Shown here: piece by piece, positions 1-9,489 of the stretch
Layout: each line of letters starts with the position of its first letter
Numbering within the stretch: the stretch's first letter is position 1
Assembly (NCBI GenBank): GCA_030535355.1
Contig: JAUNIO010000004.1
Span: 13,513 to 77,512, forward strand
Source of the DNA: a bacterium
GTDB lineage: Bacteria; Vulcanimicrobiota; Xenobia; Xenobiales; Xenobiaceae
Length of the DNA: 64,000 nt
Direction of reading: 5' to 3'
Notes under the pieces: generated by a model
Database searches by the model: none
Seen by the model: the letters and a program-made list of their open reading frames with translations, nothing else
What the model was told of the DNA's origin: nothing
Made by a program: the position numbers and the translations under genes

Positions 1-39
1 CATTCCCTGCTTGTAGGGAAAATAAGGAGAATTATTGCC

Positions 40-309
40 ATGCCTGCCGGAGTGTTTGTAGATAATGCCAAAGTTATGCCTAAGGGACAGGTGACCATTC
101 CCAAAGATGTGCGTCAAGTCCTCGGGGTCTCGTACGGCGATCGCGTATCTTTCATTGTTGAGGGAAAAAATGTCAGTATTGTTAATTCTGCCCTTTACGC
201 TATGCAGATGCTGCAGGATGTAATGACCGGGGAAGCTGAAAAAGCAGGATTGACTTCGGATGAAGATATATTGGCTTTAGTTAAAGAAGTAAGGGATTCC
301 GAACAGTGA
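40..309 (+). CDS. AbrB/MazE (SpoVT-AbrB) family antitoxin-like DNA-binding protein
   Basis: 89-aa ORF. The N-terminal KVMPKGQVTIPKDVRQVLGV looped-hinge-helix motif is typical of AbrB/MazE antitoxins. It overlaps the downstream PIN-like fragment by 4 nt (306-309). Confidence 0.6.
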   Translation: MPAGVFVDNAKVMPKGQVTIPKDVRQVLGVSYGDRVSFIVEGKNVSIVNSALYAMQMLQDVMTGEAEKAGLTSDEDILALVKEVRDSEQ

Positions 310-470
310 GAGTATTGCCGGATACGAATGTGCTCATATCAGCCCTGTTAAATCCGCGCGGTTCGGCTGCTGAAGCGTATAATAAGGCGGTTTCAGGTGA
401 TAGGGATTTTCTCGAATCGGGAATATCGCATCCCAAAATTATGGCGCCTGATGAATTCGTCCGCAAATAG
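306..470 (+). pseudogene. Truncated PIN-domain (VapC-like) toxin remnant
   Basis: GTG-initiated 54-codon frame (VRVLPDTNVLISALLNPRG...) matches only the first third of a PIN domain. It is translationally coupled to the upstream antitoxin and ends prematurely. Confidence 0.4.
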
Positions 471-487
471 TTTTACTGACTTCGGAT

Positions 488-787
488 TTGTCCGCAGGCG
501 AGAAGAAGCGGATTTTGCAGAACGAATTTAATATTGCGATGACGCACGAGTTGGAAAGCGAGGTCGATTTAATGGGTGGTTTTATTGATTCTTTAGCAGA
601 GCGCTGTGTTGAAAAGGGCCGCCGTGAGGGGCGTAGCGAGGGGCTTAGCGAGGGCAAACTGTCAGGCATTTTAGAGGCCATCCGCAGCCTGATGGCCAGC
701 ATGAGCTGGGAAGCCGATAAGGCTATGGACGCTTTGCGCATTCCCGAAAACGAACGTGACTATTATCTTCGCGAGCTGGCCAAATAA
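488..787 (+). pseudogene. C-terminal fragment of an Rpn-family (YhgA-like) PD-(D/E)XK nuclease/putative transposase
   Basis: The 99-aa ORF is clearly homologous to the C-terminus of the intact 339-aa protein at 32231-33250 (EKKRIL..EF.I, KGRREGRSEG repeats, ..AMDAL.IP). The N-terminal nuclease domain is absent. Confidence 0.5.
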
Positions 788-837
788 CGCGGCAGGCTGT
801 ATTTGTAACGCGGAAACACCGCAGGGATGATGGTTAA

Positions 838-1647
838 GTGAGGGTTGATATGAAGTTTTCTTGTTCTTTATGCGGACAACAAGAAACCGTCAGCACGCGG
901 AAAGCGCACTGCGATTGCGGCGGATTGTGGAAACTGGATTTTCAGCCTCCGAAATTCGATCCGGAAAAGATCGACCGGGATGAGTGGAGCATGTTCCGCT
1001 ATCGGGAATTCATGGCTCTGGACGACGATACGTCATGGCGCGGAGTTACTCTGGGGGAAGGCATGACGCCTATCGTTCGGCTGGATCGGGAGGCGCTCCT
1101 GAAAATGGATTACTTTATGCCCACCATGTCATTTAAAGATCGCGGTGCGGCGGTGCTGATCGCTCACTGCCAAGCGATCGGGGCGGACCGCGTCGTCCAG
1201 GATTCCAGCGGAAATGCGGGAAACGCCGTCGCGGCCTATTGCGCGAAGGCCGGTATAGCCTGTGAGATCTTTGTTCCTGAAGGAACGAGCCCCAAGAAGA
1301 TCGATATGATTCGCGCTCATGGCGCAGTCTGCACCGTAGTCCCCGGAAACCGCGATCACTGCGCGGATGTCTCACCGCTGCCCACTCTCGCGGAGGGGAT
1401 TGCCATAGGCAAGCCTATGCGCGGCAGGGAAATTTTGGAGTATGCCGGCAAACACGGCGTCCGTTTCGTCCACGTCCCGGAAAATAAGATTCTTGCAGCC
1501 CGCGCAGCGCTGGCCCTGAAAGGTATTTATTGCGAGCACACCACGGCCGCGAACTATGCCGGTTACCTGGCGTATTGTGAGCAATACGGCCCGGCTCCTG
1601 ACTGCCTTATCACCATGTGCGGCGCGGGGCTCAAATCCGACCATTGA
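838..1647 (+). CDS. Threonine synthase-like PLP-dependent enzyme (internally shortened, possibly degenerate)
   Basis: N-terminal Cys-rich zinc-ribbon-like segment. SFKDRGA PLP-lysine motif, SSGNAGNAVAAY and PEG motifs, and a ThrC-like C-terminus (TLAEGIAIG..). At only 269 aa, about 100 residues of the central ThrC region are missing. Confidence 0.45.
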   Translation: MRVDMKFSCSLCGQQETVSTRKAHCDCGGLWKLDFQPPKFDPEKIDRDEWSMFRYREFMALDDDTSWRGVTLGEGMTPIVRLDREALLKMDYFMPTMSFKDRGAAVLIAHCQAIGADRVVQDSSGNAGNAVAAYCAKAGIACEIFVPEGTSPKKIDMIRAHGAVCTVVPGNRDHCADVSPLPTLAEGIAIGKPMRGREILEYAGKHGVRFVHVPENKILAARAALALKGIYCEHTTAANYAGYLAYCEQYGPAPDCLITMCGAGLKSDH

Positions 1648-1877
1648 TCCGAATTCCGCTTTAGTGCAGGAGATTTCAGCACCGAACTGCGCCGTTGGAT
1701 TGCCGATTATACATTTTGCGGTTAAAACAGCATTGGAATGCGCTTTTATCGCCAAGCCTTATGACGGCGTGAATTGCGTGGCAGCGGAGCGCTTGGTCAG
1801 CGAGAAACAAAAATGGATTGCCGCGGCTTTTGCACAGAAGCGTTTAGCGGTTCTAAGGAAGCGCTGAGGCCATTATA

Positions 1878-3371
1878 TCAGCGATCGATTACCTTATACG
1901 CCCGAAAACCGCAGTCGGCCGCGAAGCCAGGGAGCAGATAAGCTGCTGTGTCATGCTCGCATAGCTGTTGGCCTGCCCGGCGGATCCGTTCCCTGCCAAT
2001 TTCCGCTATATTGCTGAATCCCGCTTTAAAACCGTCAGACGCTTCATCGCAGGGCTCAGGCTGCTGTACCATGATGAAACGCCGCTGTCCGCCATCCTCG
2101 GTGTTGACCTGCATGACCGCATGAGCGGTGGTAGCCGAGCCGGCAAAGAAATCCAGGACTATATCGCCGGGTGTTGTGGCCTGCTGCACTAAAAAAGCTA
2201 TGAGCGATAGCGGTTTGCTGAAATCAAAAACCTTGCGGCCGCCAAAGAGCTCGATCAGCTCACTGGTCGCCCGCTCGGTGGAATGCCAGCCTAAATTAGT
2301 AGTTATAGCTTTGGTGGTATTTTTGTAAGAATTGATGAACTTCTTTTGCCGCGGCGTGCCCTGAGGATTGCTGGGGAAGATGATCAGCTGGCTGGCAATC
2401 ATCTCGGCTATGCTTTTTTGAGAAAAGGCCCAATTTCCGTAAAATTCGCGGCCGCTTTGAGGATCGCGTATCGAGAAAAAATTGTTTTGCCTGCCGGTAG
2501 CGCGGAGGCTTTCCGAACGCCAGAGGCCGCGGGGATCATTATCGGGATTGGCAAAGTCTGCTTCATCGCGGGGCAGGCCGCTGAAGCGCACTTGAGACAA
2601 ATTGCGGGCATACGCTAAAATGTATTCGCAGCTGCTGGTCACCATGGTGCGCGGCGGCACTCCTCTGGCGGCGCGTTTGGTCTGCCAAACGAACTGAGCT
2701 AAGAAATTGTCTTCACCGAATATTTCATGGCAGATTTGGCGCAGGTTGGCATTTTCCACATCATCAATAGAGATAAATATGACCCCGTCTTCGGTCAGCA
2801 AGTCTTTGGCCAGGAGCAGGCGGGGATAAATCATCGAACACCAGCCGGCATGAAAGCGCCCTGGCTTTGCCGTTTTCTTTTGGATTAAATAGGCGTCGTT
2901 TGGCGCTGCGGCACTGCTATCTGGCCATTTTTTGCTTCTGCTTCGGTAATTGTCGTTGTAAATAAAATCGTGTCCGGTATTGTAAGGCGGATCGATGTAG
3001 ATCATTTTGATCTTGTTTAGATAATTTTCACGCAAAAGCTTGAGCGCGTCCAGATTATCGCCTTCGATAAAGATATTGTCCGTAGTTTCCCAGTTCAGGC
3101 TGGCTTCGGGACAGGGGTGCAGAAGCTTGTCTATAGGACGTTCGGCTTCTGCTTGGGCTGCTTTTTTGCCTGGCCAAGTGAATCCGTAGGTTTCTGGTTC
3201 GCTGGTTTTGAGCGTGGGTTCGAGCAGCTGTCTAAGCCTCTCAAAGTTAATCGCTCGTTTTATCAGGCCGCTGCCGTCTTGAATTTCGGTTAGGCAGCTG
3301 GGAAAGAGAGCGGCGATTTTTTCGGTATTGTCGGCCATAAAGTCCTGAGGAATAGGGCGGGTGCTGTCCAT
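1878..3371 (-). CDS. Site-specific DNA methyltransferase, N6-adenine/N4-cytosine beta class (motif IV DPPY before motif I)
   Basis: 497-aa ORF with DPPYNTG (motif IV) upstream of FFAGSATTAHAV (motif I, FxGxG). No adjacent restriction or Res gene. Confidence 0.7.
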   Translation of the reverse strand: MDSTRPIPQDFMADNTEKIAALFPSCLTEIQDGSGLIKRAINFERLRQLLEPTLKTSEPETYGFTWPGKKAAQAEAERPIDKLLHPCPEASLNWETTDNIFIEGDNLDALKLLRENYLNKIKMIYIDPPYNTGHDFIYNDNYRSRSKKWPDSSAAAPNDAYLIQKKTAKPGRFHAGWCSMIYPRLLLAKDLLTEDGVIFISIDDVENANLRQICHEIFGEDNFLAQFVWQTKRAARGVPPRTMVTSSCEYILAYARNLSQVRFSGLPRDEADFANPDNDPRGLWRSESLRATGRQNNFFSIRDPQSGREFYGNWAFSQKSIAEMIASQLIIFPSNPQGTPRQKKFINSYKNTTKAITTNLGWHSTERATSELIELFGGRKVFDFSKPLSLIAFLVQQATTPGDIVLDFFAGSATTAHAVMQVNTEDGGQRRFIMVQQPEPCDEASDGFKAGFSNIAEIGRERIRRAGQQLCEHDTAAYLLPGFAADCGFRAYKVIDR

Positions 3372-3423
3372 AAGTATTTTGCGGCTGGGTGTCTAGATAC
3401 AGTGCTGTAAGGCAAATGGGAAG

Positions 3424-3798
3424 TTAGGCAGGCAATTCCTGCACCACAGTAAACAGCACTAAATCTTCAGTACCTGTGTTGACTATGCTGTGCTCACTGC
3501 CTTTGGGGCAGTAATGGCAAACCCCTGGAGATAAAGTTTCTTCAGATTCTCCGCATATAGCCAGGCCTTGTCCGCTGATTACAAAGTTTATATCGTTACT
3601 GGTTCGGTGGAGATGTTTTCCTATAGATGATTTTGGGCGTATTTTACTGACGATGACTTTGCCATCGCTGTTAACGATCATTTTAGCAGCCACTTGCCCG
3701 CTTCCGCCGTTCATGTTTTCTAAGGTGAATTCTGTTAGGCTAGTAAAATCAATCAGCATTTTTTTATTATCAGGCCGCCGTGCGCCTGCCTTTCTCAT
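3424..3798 (-). CDS. Cupin-domain protein
   Basis: 124 aa. Conserved His/Glu positions (HLH.., CPKGSEHSIVN) are typical of a small cupin barrel. Confidence 0.45.
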   Translation of the reverse strand: MRKAGARRPDNKKMLIDFTSLTEFTLENMNGGSGQVAAKMIVNSDGKVIVSKIRPKSSIGKHLHRTSNDINFVISGQGLAICGESEETLSPGVCHYCPKGSEHSIVNTGTEDLVLFTVVQELPA

Positions 3799-4152
3799 GC
3801 AGCTATTTGGTGTGCTTGTGGAGAAGTTTATTTGAAAACTGGCCGCTCTCTTCCTGCGCTTTTTAATTATGAACTTGGTTTGGCCGCAGCATATTTTTAA
3901 AGATTAAAATTAGCCAGCGTGTTTTGAGAAGGATACCCATTTCTAACAATAAAATTTTATCAATTATTTGATAATGGGGGAGCACCAATGCAATATGAGA
4001 TCAGCGGTGGCAATTTGCCTGTTTTAGAGTGCAGGCTCAAAGAGTATGAAACTATCGTTAACATATTGCTGAGTGACTTGGCGTTATGACCAGGTAGGGA
4101 TAGGCTTTTACCGATGCCGATAGTTACCAGAGCTGAGTTCTAGGGACCGAAT

Positions 4153-5400
4153 ATGAAAATTTTGCATTACGTTAAAAAAATCTTCTGGAATATATACGTT
4201 AAAGCCTTATTTATAACTGTTGCAGTGCTGGCCGCGTTCTTAATAACCTGGGACTATTGGGACTTTGCCCATCGAGAAGGACAGGCGGATAGTAAAGAAG
4301 ATATCGGTGAAAAAGCTTTGTGGAAATTTGTGGCTGACGATATCGACAACTCTAATAAGTTTGCCCCAGCGCACAGCCTTGACAGCCTTGGCTTTAATAA
4401 TAAAAAAGGCGATCTGCAGTCGAAAAAAAAAGAAATAGCCGAACTGAAAAAGTGGGCGGCCGATAGGATGCGGCGGCTTCGCTATCAAGATCAGTGTCTC
4501 AGAGAACGCTTACCGAAGGAGCTGCCTAGCAATAATCACCTTTATCTAGATGATTTATGTTTGCTGCAGGAGCTGGAAGTCCGATTTGCCCATCTTGCTA
4601 TTTTGTTTTCGGAAATAAGCGTTAATTCGGAACTGTATTTTCAGCGTGATTTTGACTCTAAGCTGTGCGATGAGTTTTATAAGGTTTACGATAGAGAGAG
4701 ACATACCCGCCGCTTTGCTATGCCCGGTAAAGTTGTATTAAACAGGGAAATGAGCAATGTTGGTGGGGCTGCAGCTCTGCAGACATACAGATGCGGCGTA
4801 CAGCATGGGTGTTTTAGACTGTATCAAGGGACCTCTCAGGCATCGCTGCGCCATGAATTTGCCGAACTGCCGCAGTCACTGCTGACAATGTGTGCTAAAG
4901 ACGCCGTATACGAAGCTAATTATGCCTGTTTATTTAAGCGCATACATAATGGCTCAAAAATTGCTGGCGTGTACCGTTGGCTAAAAAACCCAAGAATCAT
5001 ATTATTCAATTTATCCCGAAGCCATGAAATATTGGCTTTAGCCATTAATAATCACGATTTTTTAGCTGATCCTGCCAATCCTTATTTGAGGTTTGTGCCC
5101 TTTCCCGAAGATGAAACCTGGAAGGAAGCTCAATATCTGGCGTTAGCTATCGATAATTTTCTGTGGACGGTTAAATACAGCGTTGATCACTGCGGGACGC
5201 AGAGCGCTATCCTAAAATACCGAATCCGGCCTTTATATGCTAAAAACAGTCCGGCGATGCAACATTATACAACATATTTTGCTATATATCCTCAGTATCA
5301 TTATGTCTTAACCCGCGGGACTTTGGATATTTTGGGCAAAGAACGCGGGGAACTCAAGATTGCCGAAGAGTACGACACGGATATGAAAAAACTCTTATAG
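4153..5400 (+). CDS. Membrane-anchored protein, paralog A of an unrecognised family (N-terminal part; gene appears frameshifted)
   Basis: N-terminal TM helix followed by a WDYWDF motif. Shares EKLW, RLYQG.SQASL, A(I)DNFLWT(V)KY..DH and KNS..M..Y motifs with the ORFs at 5909 and 7481. AT-rich. Confidence 0.6.
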   Translation: MKILHYVKKIFWNIYVKALFITVAVLAAFLITWDYWDFAHREGQADSKEDIGEKALWKFVADDIDNSNKFAPAHSLDSLGFNNKKGDLQSKKKEIAELKKWAADRMRRLRYQDQCLRERLPKELPSNNHLYLDDLCLLQELEVRFAHLAILFSEISVNSELYFQRDFDSKLCDEFYKVYDRERHTRRFAMPGKVVLNREMSNVGGAAALQTYRCGVQHGCFRLYQGTSQASLRHEFAELPQSLLTMCAKDAVYEANYACLFKRIHNGSKIAGVYRWLKNPRIILFNLSRSHEILALAINNHDFLADPANPYLRFVPFPEDETWKEAQYLALAIDNFLWTVKYSVDHCGTQSAILKYRIRPLYAKNSPAMQHYTTYFAIYPQYHYVLTRGTLDILGKERGELKIAEEYDTDMKKLL

Positions 5401-5411
5401 ACCTTTCCCGT

Positions 5412-5705
5412 GTGGCCAAAGACATATGCGACACTTGGAAGCGTTATTGTACAGATAAAAGCGATTTTAAAACGTTTGCAGCTGAATTGAGGAAAAACGA
5501 AACTGATTTTGAAAAGGCGCGCCAAAAGGTTTTAAGGCTGCGCTGGCGTTATATTCACGAGTGGGCCCGGCGCAGCGGTGACGCTAACGCGGAGAGTTTC
5601 GCTGACGGTTATGCTGTCAGCTCCATGGCTTATGACGGCGTAAGCTTTACGGCGCTGGAACGGTTAGTCAATGATGAACAAAAGCATAATGCTCCCAATG
5701 ATTAG
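5412..5705 (+). CDS. C-terminal portion of paralog A (separate reading frame)
   Basis: TWKRYCTDKSDFKTF..EKARQKVLRLRWRY aligns with the C-termini of paralogs B and C (TWERYRQDKIDYKTF..., IWDSYCAGNITYASF...). It lies in a different frame from 4153-5400. Confidence 0.5.
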   Translation: MAKDICDTWKRYCTDKSDFKTFAAELRKNETDFEKARQKVLRLRWRYIHEWARRSGDANAESFADGYAVSSMAYDGVSFTALERLVNDEQKHNAPND

Positions 5706-5908
5706 GATCAGAGGCGGACTATCAAAGACGACTATGAGTTTGGGTCAACAGTTCCAAGGTCATCAAGCCTTAACTAAATGACATTGCCCATAATTAAAAG
5801 CGAATAATGTTTTGCGGGTTTTGCAAGGCGAAAAAGAGTCGGGGCACTAGCCAATGAATACAGCATCCTACTAAGTATTTAGCTAACAAACGTAACTGCG
5901 GGGGAAAC

Positions 5909-7441
5909 ATGAAGTTTTGGCGGTTAATAGGAAAAATATTCTGGAATAAATACACCAAATGGCCGCTTATTATTGTTATTGCAATAATACTTGTGTTCAA
6001 AATCTGGGATTATTGGGATTTTCGCGGCAGCCGCGGATCGGCCGAGCCGCAGGAACTGGCCCGTGAAGAGAAACTATGGCATTTTATGGGTGTTATTGAC
6101 AAACTGGATAACGACTATTATCAAACGAAACAAAAATCAGCTAGTCAACGCGATGAAAAAATAGATAAATATTTAACTGCGTATGACGTAAATTATTTCA
6201 CCTTTCACCCTTTAGATTTTACTAAAATAAGAGAAAGTGCCGCTCAGTGTTTGGGAAAATATAATCATTGCAGGGAACAGCTGCAGCATATACCAGATGC
6301 CGACCAATTTGGATACCGCGATGAAATGCTCGTTATGCTGGCATTAAATTTACGGATTTTTAATTATTCTCTTATGGGTGATGAGTTGCTGTTCAATACG
6401 CAGCATTATTTTGATAATAAAATTGCTTACGATGATTTAAAAGAAAAATATTATAAATTGTACAGCAGAGAAAATAAAAATAGTGAATTTATATGTCTCC
6501 CTGACCGTAGTTATTTTGCTGTGGAAAATACTACACTAAAACTTTCTTCAGTGAATAGTGCGATGTTTTGCATCAAAGAACATAGCGGTTATAGACTATG
6601 GCAGGGGCAGTCGCTCGCTTCTTTACAGGAAGAGATCGATCCTTTCGTAGTTAGTGATGCAGATTATTCGATTGGATATTCGGTTTTAGATCCACGTGGG
6701 CCTGCGTGGATAAGATATTTAGAATGCCGTCAGCAGAACGGGTCTAAATGTGCTTCGCTGCAGCTTCCGATTGTCAGAATGTTTTCGCTTCCGCTGCTGT
6801 ATAATAAATATATGATTTTTATGACCAGTTTAGGCGGCAACCGTAATCCAGAAGTTGTTCAGCAGTATGCGGCGGGTAAGAAAGATGGTATAATAATAAA
6901 CTTTGCCACAGCGCAAACAGATGAGGAACGGCTGTGGCGTTTAACTAATTATCTTGCTGTTACTGCCGATAATTATTTATGGACGATAAAATTTAACGCC
7001 GATCATAAACTAAAACCAAGTAAATTACTAGCAATTCAGCTTGTGCCTAGGTTTGGCAAAAATAGTTCCGAGATGAAGCGATATAACCGAATTCTAACTG
7101 CGGATTTGCAATATTGCCGCCGTCAAGTTCAATCTAAAGAATTTCAAAGTTTTCCGGGAAACAAAAAATCTGCCTTGGAGTTCTTTTCTGCCGTTGAAGC
7201 GATCCAGCAGACTTGGGAGCGCTATCGCCAAGATAAAATTGACTATAAAACGTTTTATAGGACATTGCAGAAAACTGAAGAGCTGTATGAGAAAAAACGC
7301 CAAGAGGTTTTGAGCCAACGCTGGGATTATTTGTATTCGCAAGCACCAAATAGCTATGTTTATATTGTTACATCGCTGCGCACCGATGGAGTACCTCATC
7401 CGGCACTGAAACGCTTGACAGAAGCAAAACTGCAGCTTTAG
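5909..7441 (+). CDS. Membrane-anchored protein, paralog B of the same unrecognised family
   Basis: 510 aa. TM anchor followed by WDYWDF, and the shared internal and C-terminal motifs. Very AT-rich. Confidence 0.65.
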   Translation: MKFWRLIGKIFWNKYTKWPLIIVIAIILVFKIWDYWDFRGSRGSAEPQELAREEKLWHFMGVIDKLDNDYYQTKQKSASQRDEKIDKYLTAYDVNYFTFHPLDFTKIRESAAQCLGKYNHCREQLQHIPDADQFGYRDEMLVMLALNLRIFNYSLMGDELLFNTQHYFDNKIAYDDLKEKYYKLYSRENKNSEFICLPDRSYFAVENTTLKLSSVNSAMFCIKEHSGYRLWQGQSLASLQEEIDPFVVSDADYSIGYSVLDPRGPAWIRYLECRQQNGSKCASLQLPIVRMFSLPLLYNKYMIFMTSLGGNRNPEVVQQYAAGKKDGIIINFATAQTDEERLWRLTNYLAVTADNYLWTIKFNADHKLKPSKLLAIQLVPRFGKNSSEMKRYNRILTADLQYCRRQVQSKEFQSFPGNKKSALEFFSAVEAIQQTWERYRQDKIDYKTFYRTLQKTEELYEKKRQEVLSQRWDYLYSQAPNSYVYIVTSLRTDGVPHPALKRLTEAKLQL

Positions 7442-7480
7442 TAATTTAATGTATAGTTAGTTTATAGGATAAGATAGCGT

Positions 7481-9139
7481 ATGAGCTGGATTAAAAACAA
7501 ATTATTTCCTGTTTTAAAATACTTAAAATATTTGGGCATTATTATTATCTTAATAATTATGATCGAAGCTTGGGAACGCCATATCACAGCTTCTATCCAC
7601 AAAGCTATACCGCCAGAGGCTATCAAAAACGAGCAGGAGCTTTGGTCAGCACTGTGCGCTTTGGCTCAAGACAGCCAAGAATATTATGAGCAGAGCGAGG
7701 AAATCTATAAAGAAGGCGATAAAAAACGGCCCAAGGCAGATGCTGAGCACAGCGTTTCTGAGGATGAAATATACGATGAAAAACATACCCCTAGAGTGCT
7801 CACTCCGCCGCGCCGTTTTGATTTAGGAAAGCTGCGCCAAAACGTCAAGAAATACGCTGGCAAATTGCGGCAGCGCCGCAAACAGATGGAAAAAGTCCCC
7901 GATGATCCCAATATTGGCTACCGCCAAGACGCCCTGCTGTATTGGGTGCTGTGTGAACGGTCGCTGGCTTTGCAGCAGCTGGCCTGGGAATTTATGCTGA
8001 ATGCTGAAGCCAACTATGCCAAGCATCCTTTGCCTGCTGCTCTCTTAGATAAAGAGAAATACCTGCGCATGAGCTATTATTTCGATCCCGCTTTGTCCGG
8101 CTATTATAATCTATATTATAATAATCCCCGCAAGAAGGGTTTTAAATACCCCTATTTTGCCTTCCTAATGCTGGAAAAGGACGCTTTGCGCTATGCGCTG
8201 TACCGGGCGGAGTACCGCTGCAATCAAGGCCATGGAGGCTTTGGCTATTGGCAGGGAGATTTTGCTGAAACCATCTGGGTCGATTTCAACTGGGAATCAT
8301 ATTTGGGGCTGTATTTCCGCGATGATTCCAATGAACTTTATGATCTAACAGGCAGCAGATTTAACAGCTATCACGCCCGCCATTACCGTCACGATTCTCG
8401 CGCTATGGGAAAATCAGGCTGGGCGCGGGGCTTTGAGCTTAGAAGTAAATCTCACTCGGTATATGCCTCCATATTGATATCCTTGATAAAGTGTTCTGAA
8501 TATTGCCGCAGCTTAAATCGTATTTACAAAGAAAAGTGGTGGGACAAGCCGGATGACAGCGATATTCGCGGATATATATCTCTGTCATGGATACCTCAGT
8601 CATTTCGCAGCCCTGATGATAAATTATGGGATACGGCGCGTTTTCTATATTTATGCACTGACAACTTTCTCTGGAAGATCAAATTTGCAGAAAGCCATGG
8701 CGTGGAAGATAAAAAAATCTATCCCTGCGTCATAAGGGAAAAGTACGGCAAAAAAAGTGCAGAACTGCGTTTTTACCGCGATGCTTTAGCCTCAGACTTG
8801 AAATCCTGCCGCCAAAAGATAAACGATGCTGATGGTTTAGAGGATCCTGAGCTGCAGGAAGCGGCCCGCAAAGTCTGCGCTAATACTGAAGCGATTTTAA
8901 AAATCTGGGACAGTTACTGCGCTGGTAATATCACTTACGCGTCTTTTGTCAAGACTGTGCAGAACCAAGAAAAGTCTTATTATAATTGGCGCTATAAAGC
9001 CATTACCGCCCGCTGGAATTATTTGCTGAAGCGCAACAAAAATGCGCTGCTTTATACAAAGCAGAACCTCTCGCTTGACGGAGTCCCCTATTTCTTAATC
9101 GATCCTTTGGTCTCAAAAGCTTTGGAAAAAAAGGATTAA
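7481..9139 (+). CDS. Membrane-anchored protein, paralog C of the same unrecognised family
   Basis: 552 aa. N-terminal TM helix. Shared motifs: GYRQDALL, GGFGYWQG, TDNFLWKIKFAESH, KYGKKSAELRFY, and the C-terminal W..Y....Y..F and RW.YL signature. Confidence 0.65.
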   Translation: MSWIKNKLFPVLKYLKYLGIIIILIIMIEAWERHITASIHKAIPPEAIKNEQELWSALCALAQDSQEYYEQSEEIYKEGDKKRPKADAEHSVSEDEIYDEKHTPRVLTPPRRFDLGKLRQNVKKYAGKLRQRRKQMEKVPDDPNIGYRQDALLYWVLCERSLALQQLAWEFMLNAEANYAKHPLPAALLDKEKYLRMSYYFDPALSGYYNLYYNNPRKKGFKYPYFAFLMLEKDALRYALYRAEYRCNQGHGGFGYWQGDFAETIWVDFNWESYLGLYFRDDSNELYDLTGSRFNSYHARHYRHDSRAMGKSGWARGFELRSKSHSVYASILISLIKCSEYCRSLNRIYKEKWWDKPDDSDIRGYISLSWIPQSFRSPDDKLWDTARFLYLCTDNFLWKIKFAESHGVEDKKIYPCVIREKYGKKSAELRFYRDALASDLKSCRQKINDADGLEDPELQEAARKVCANTEAILKIWDSYCAGNITYASFVKTVQNQEKSYYNWRYKAITARWNYLLKRNKNALLYTKQNLSLDGVPYFLIDPLVSKALEKKD

Positions 9140-9489
9140 AGTATAGGGCTTTGCTTTGGGCGAGAATCGTTGGCCCGGGAAAATCAATTATCGGGAATCA
9201 GCAGGACTCACCAGCAGGGCTGAAAGCGTATCCGCTGAGCGGTTTATTATGGCTTGAGCGATTATTGGCGGCAGCAGGTGTCTGACGCAGATGAATCAGG
9301 TAGATAGCCGACAGCTCTCTTGCATAAAGAAAAAATAAAGGGGAAATAATTGTATCTTCGCTGAATATATCTCCCCGTAAGCTAATGCCGTTACTGTGTG
9401 CGAACACAGCGCGGAGACAATGGTATATGTGCAGCATTTGCCATATCCTTGAGATTGGCCTAAACGATATTGCACCCTAAATAAACGGC

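Noticed and set aside
1372-1755. 127-aa reverse ORF overlapping the 3' end of the thrC-like gene, plus the 1556-1867 forward ORF
   Set aside because: It overlaps a gene with clear PLP-enzyme motifs on the other strand, has no features of its own, and is likely spurious.
3988-4089. 33-codon ORF (MQYEISGGNLPVLECRLKEYETIVNILLSDLAL) in the AT-rich leader of the island
   Set aside because: It is too short, has no RBS, and is not conserved elsewhere in the window. It is probably a chance ORF in a promoter region.
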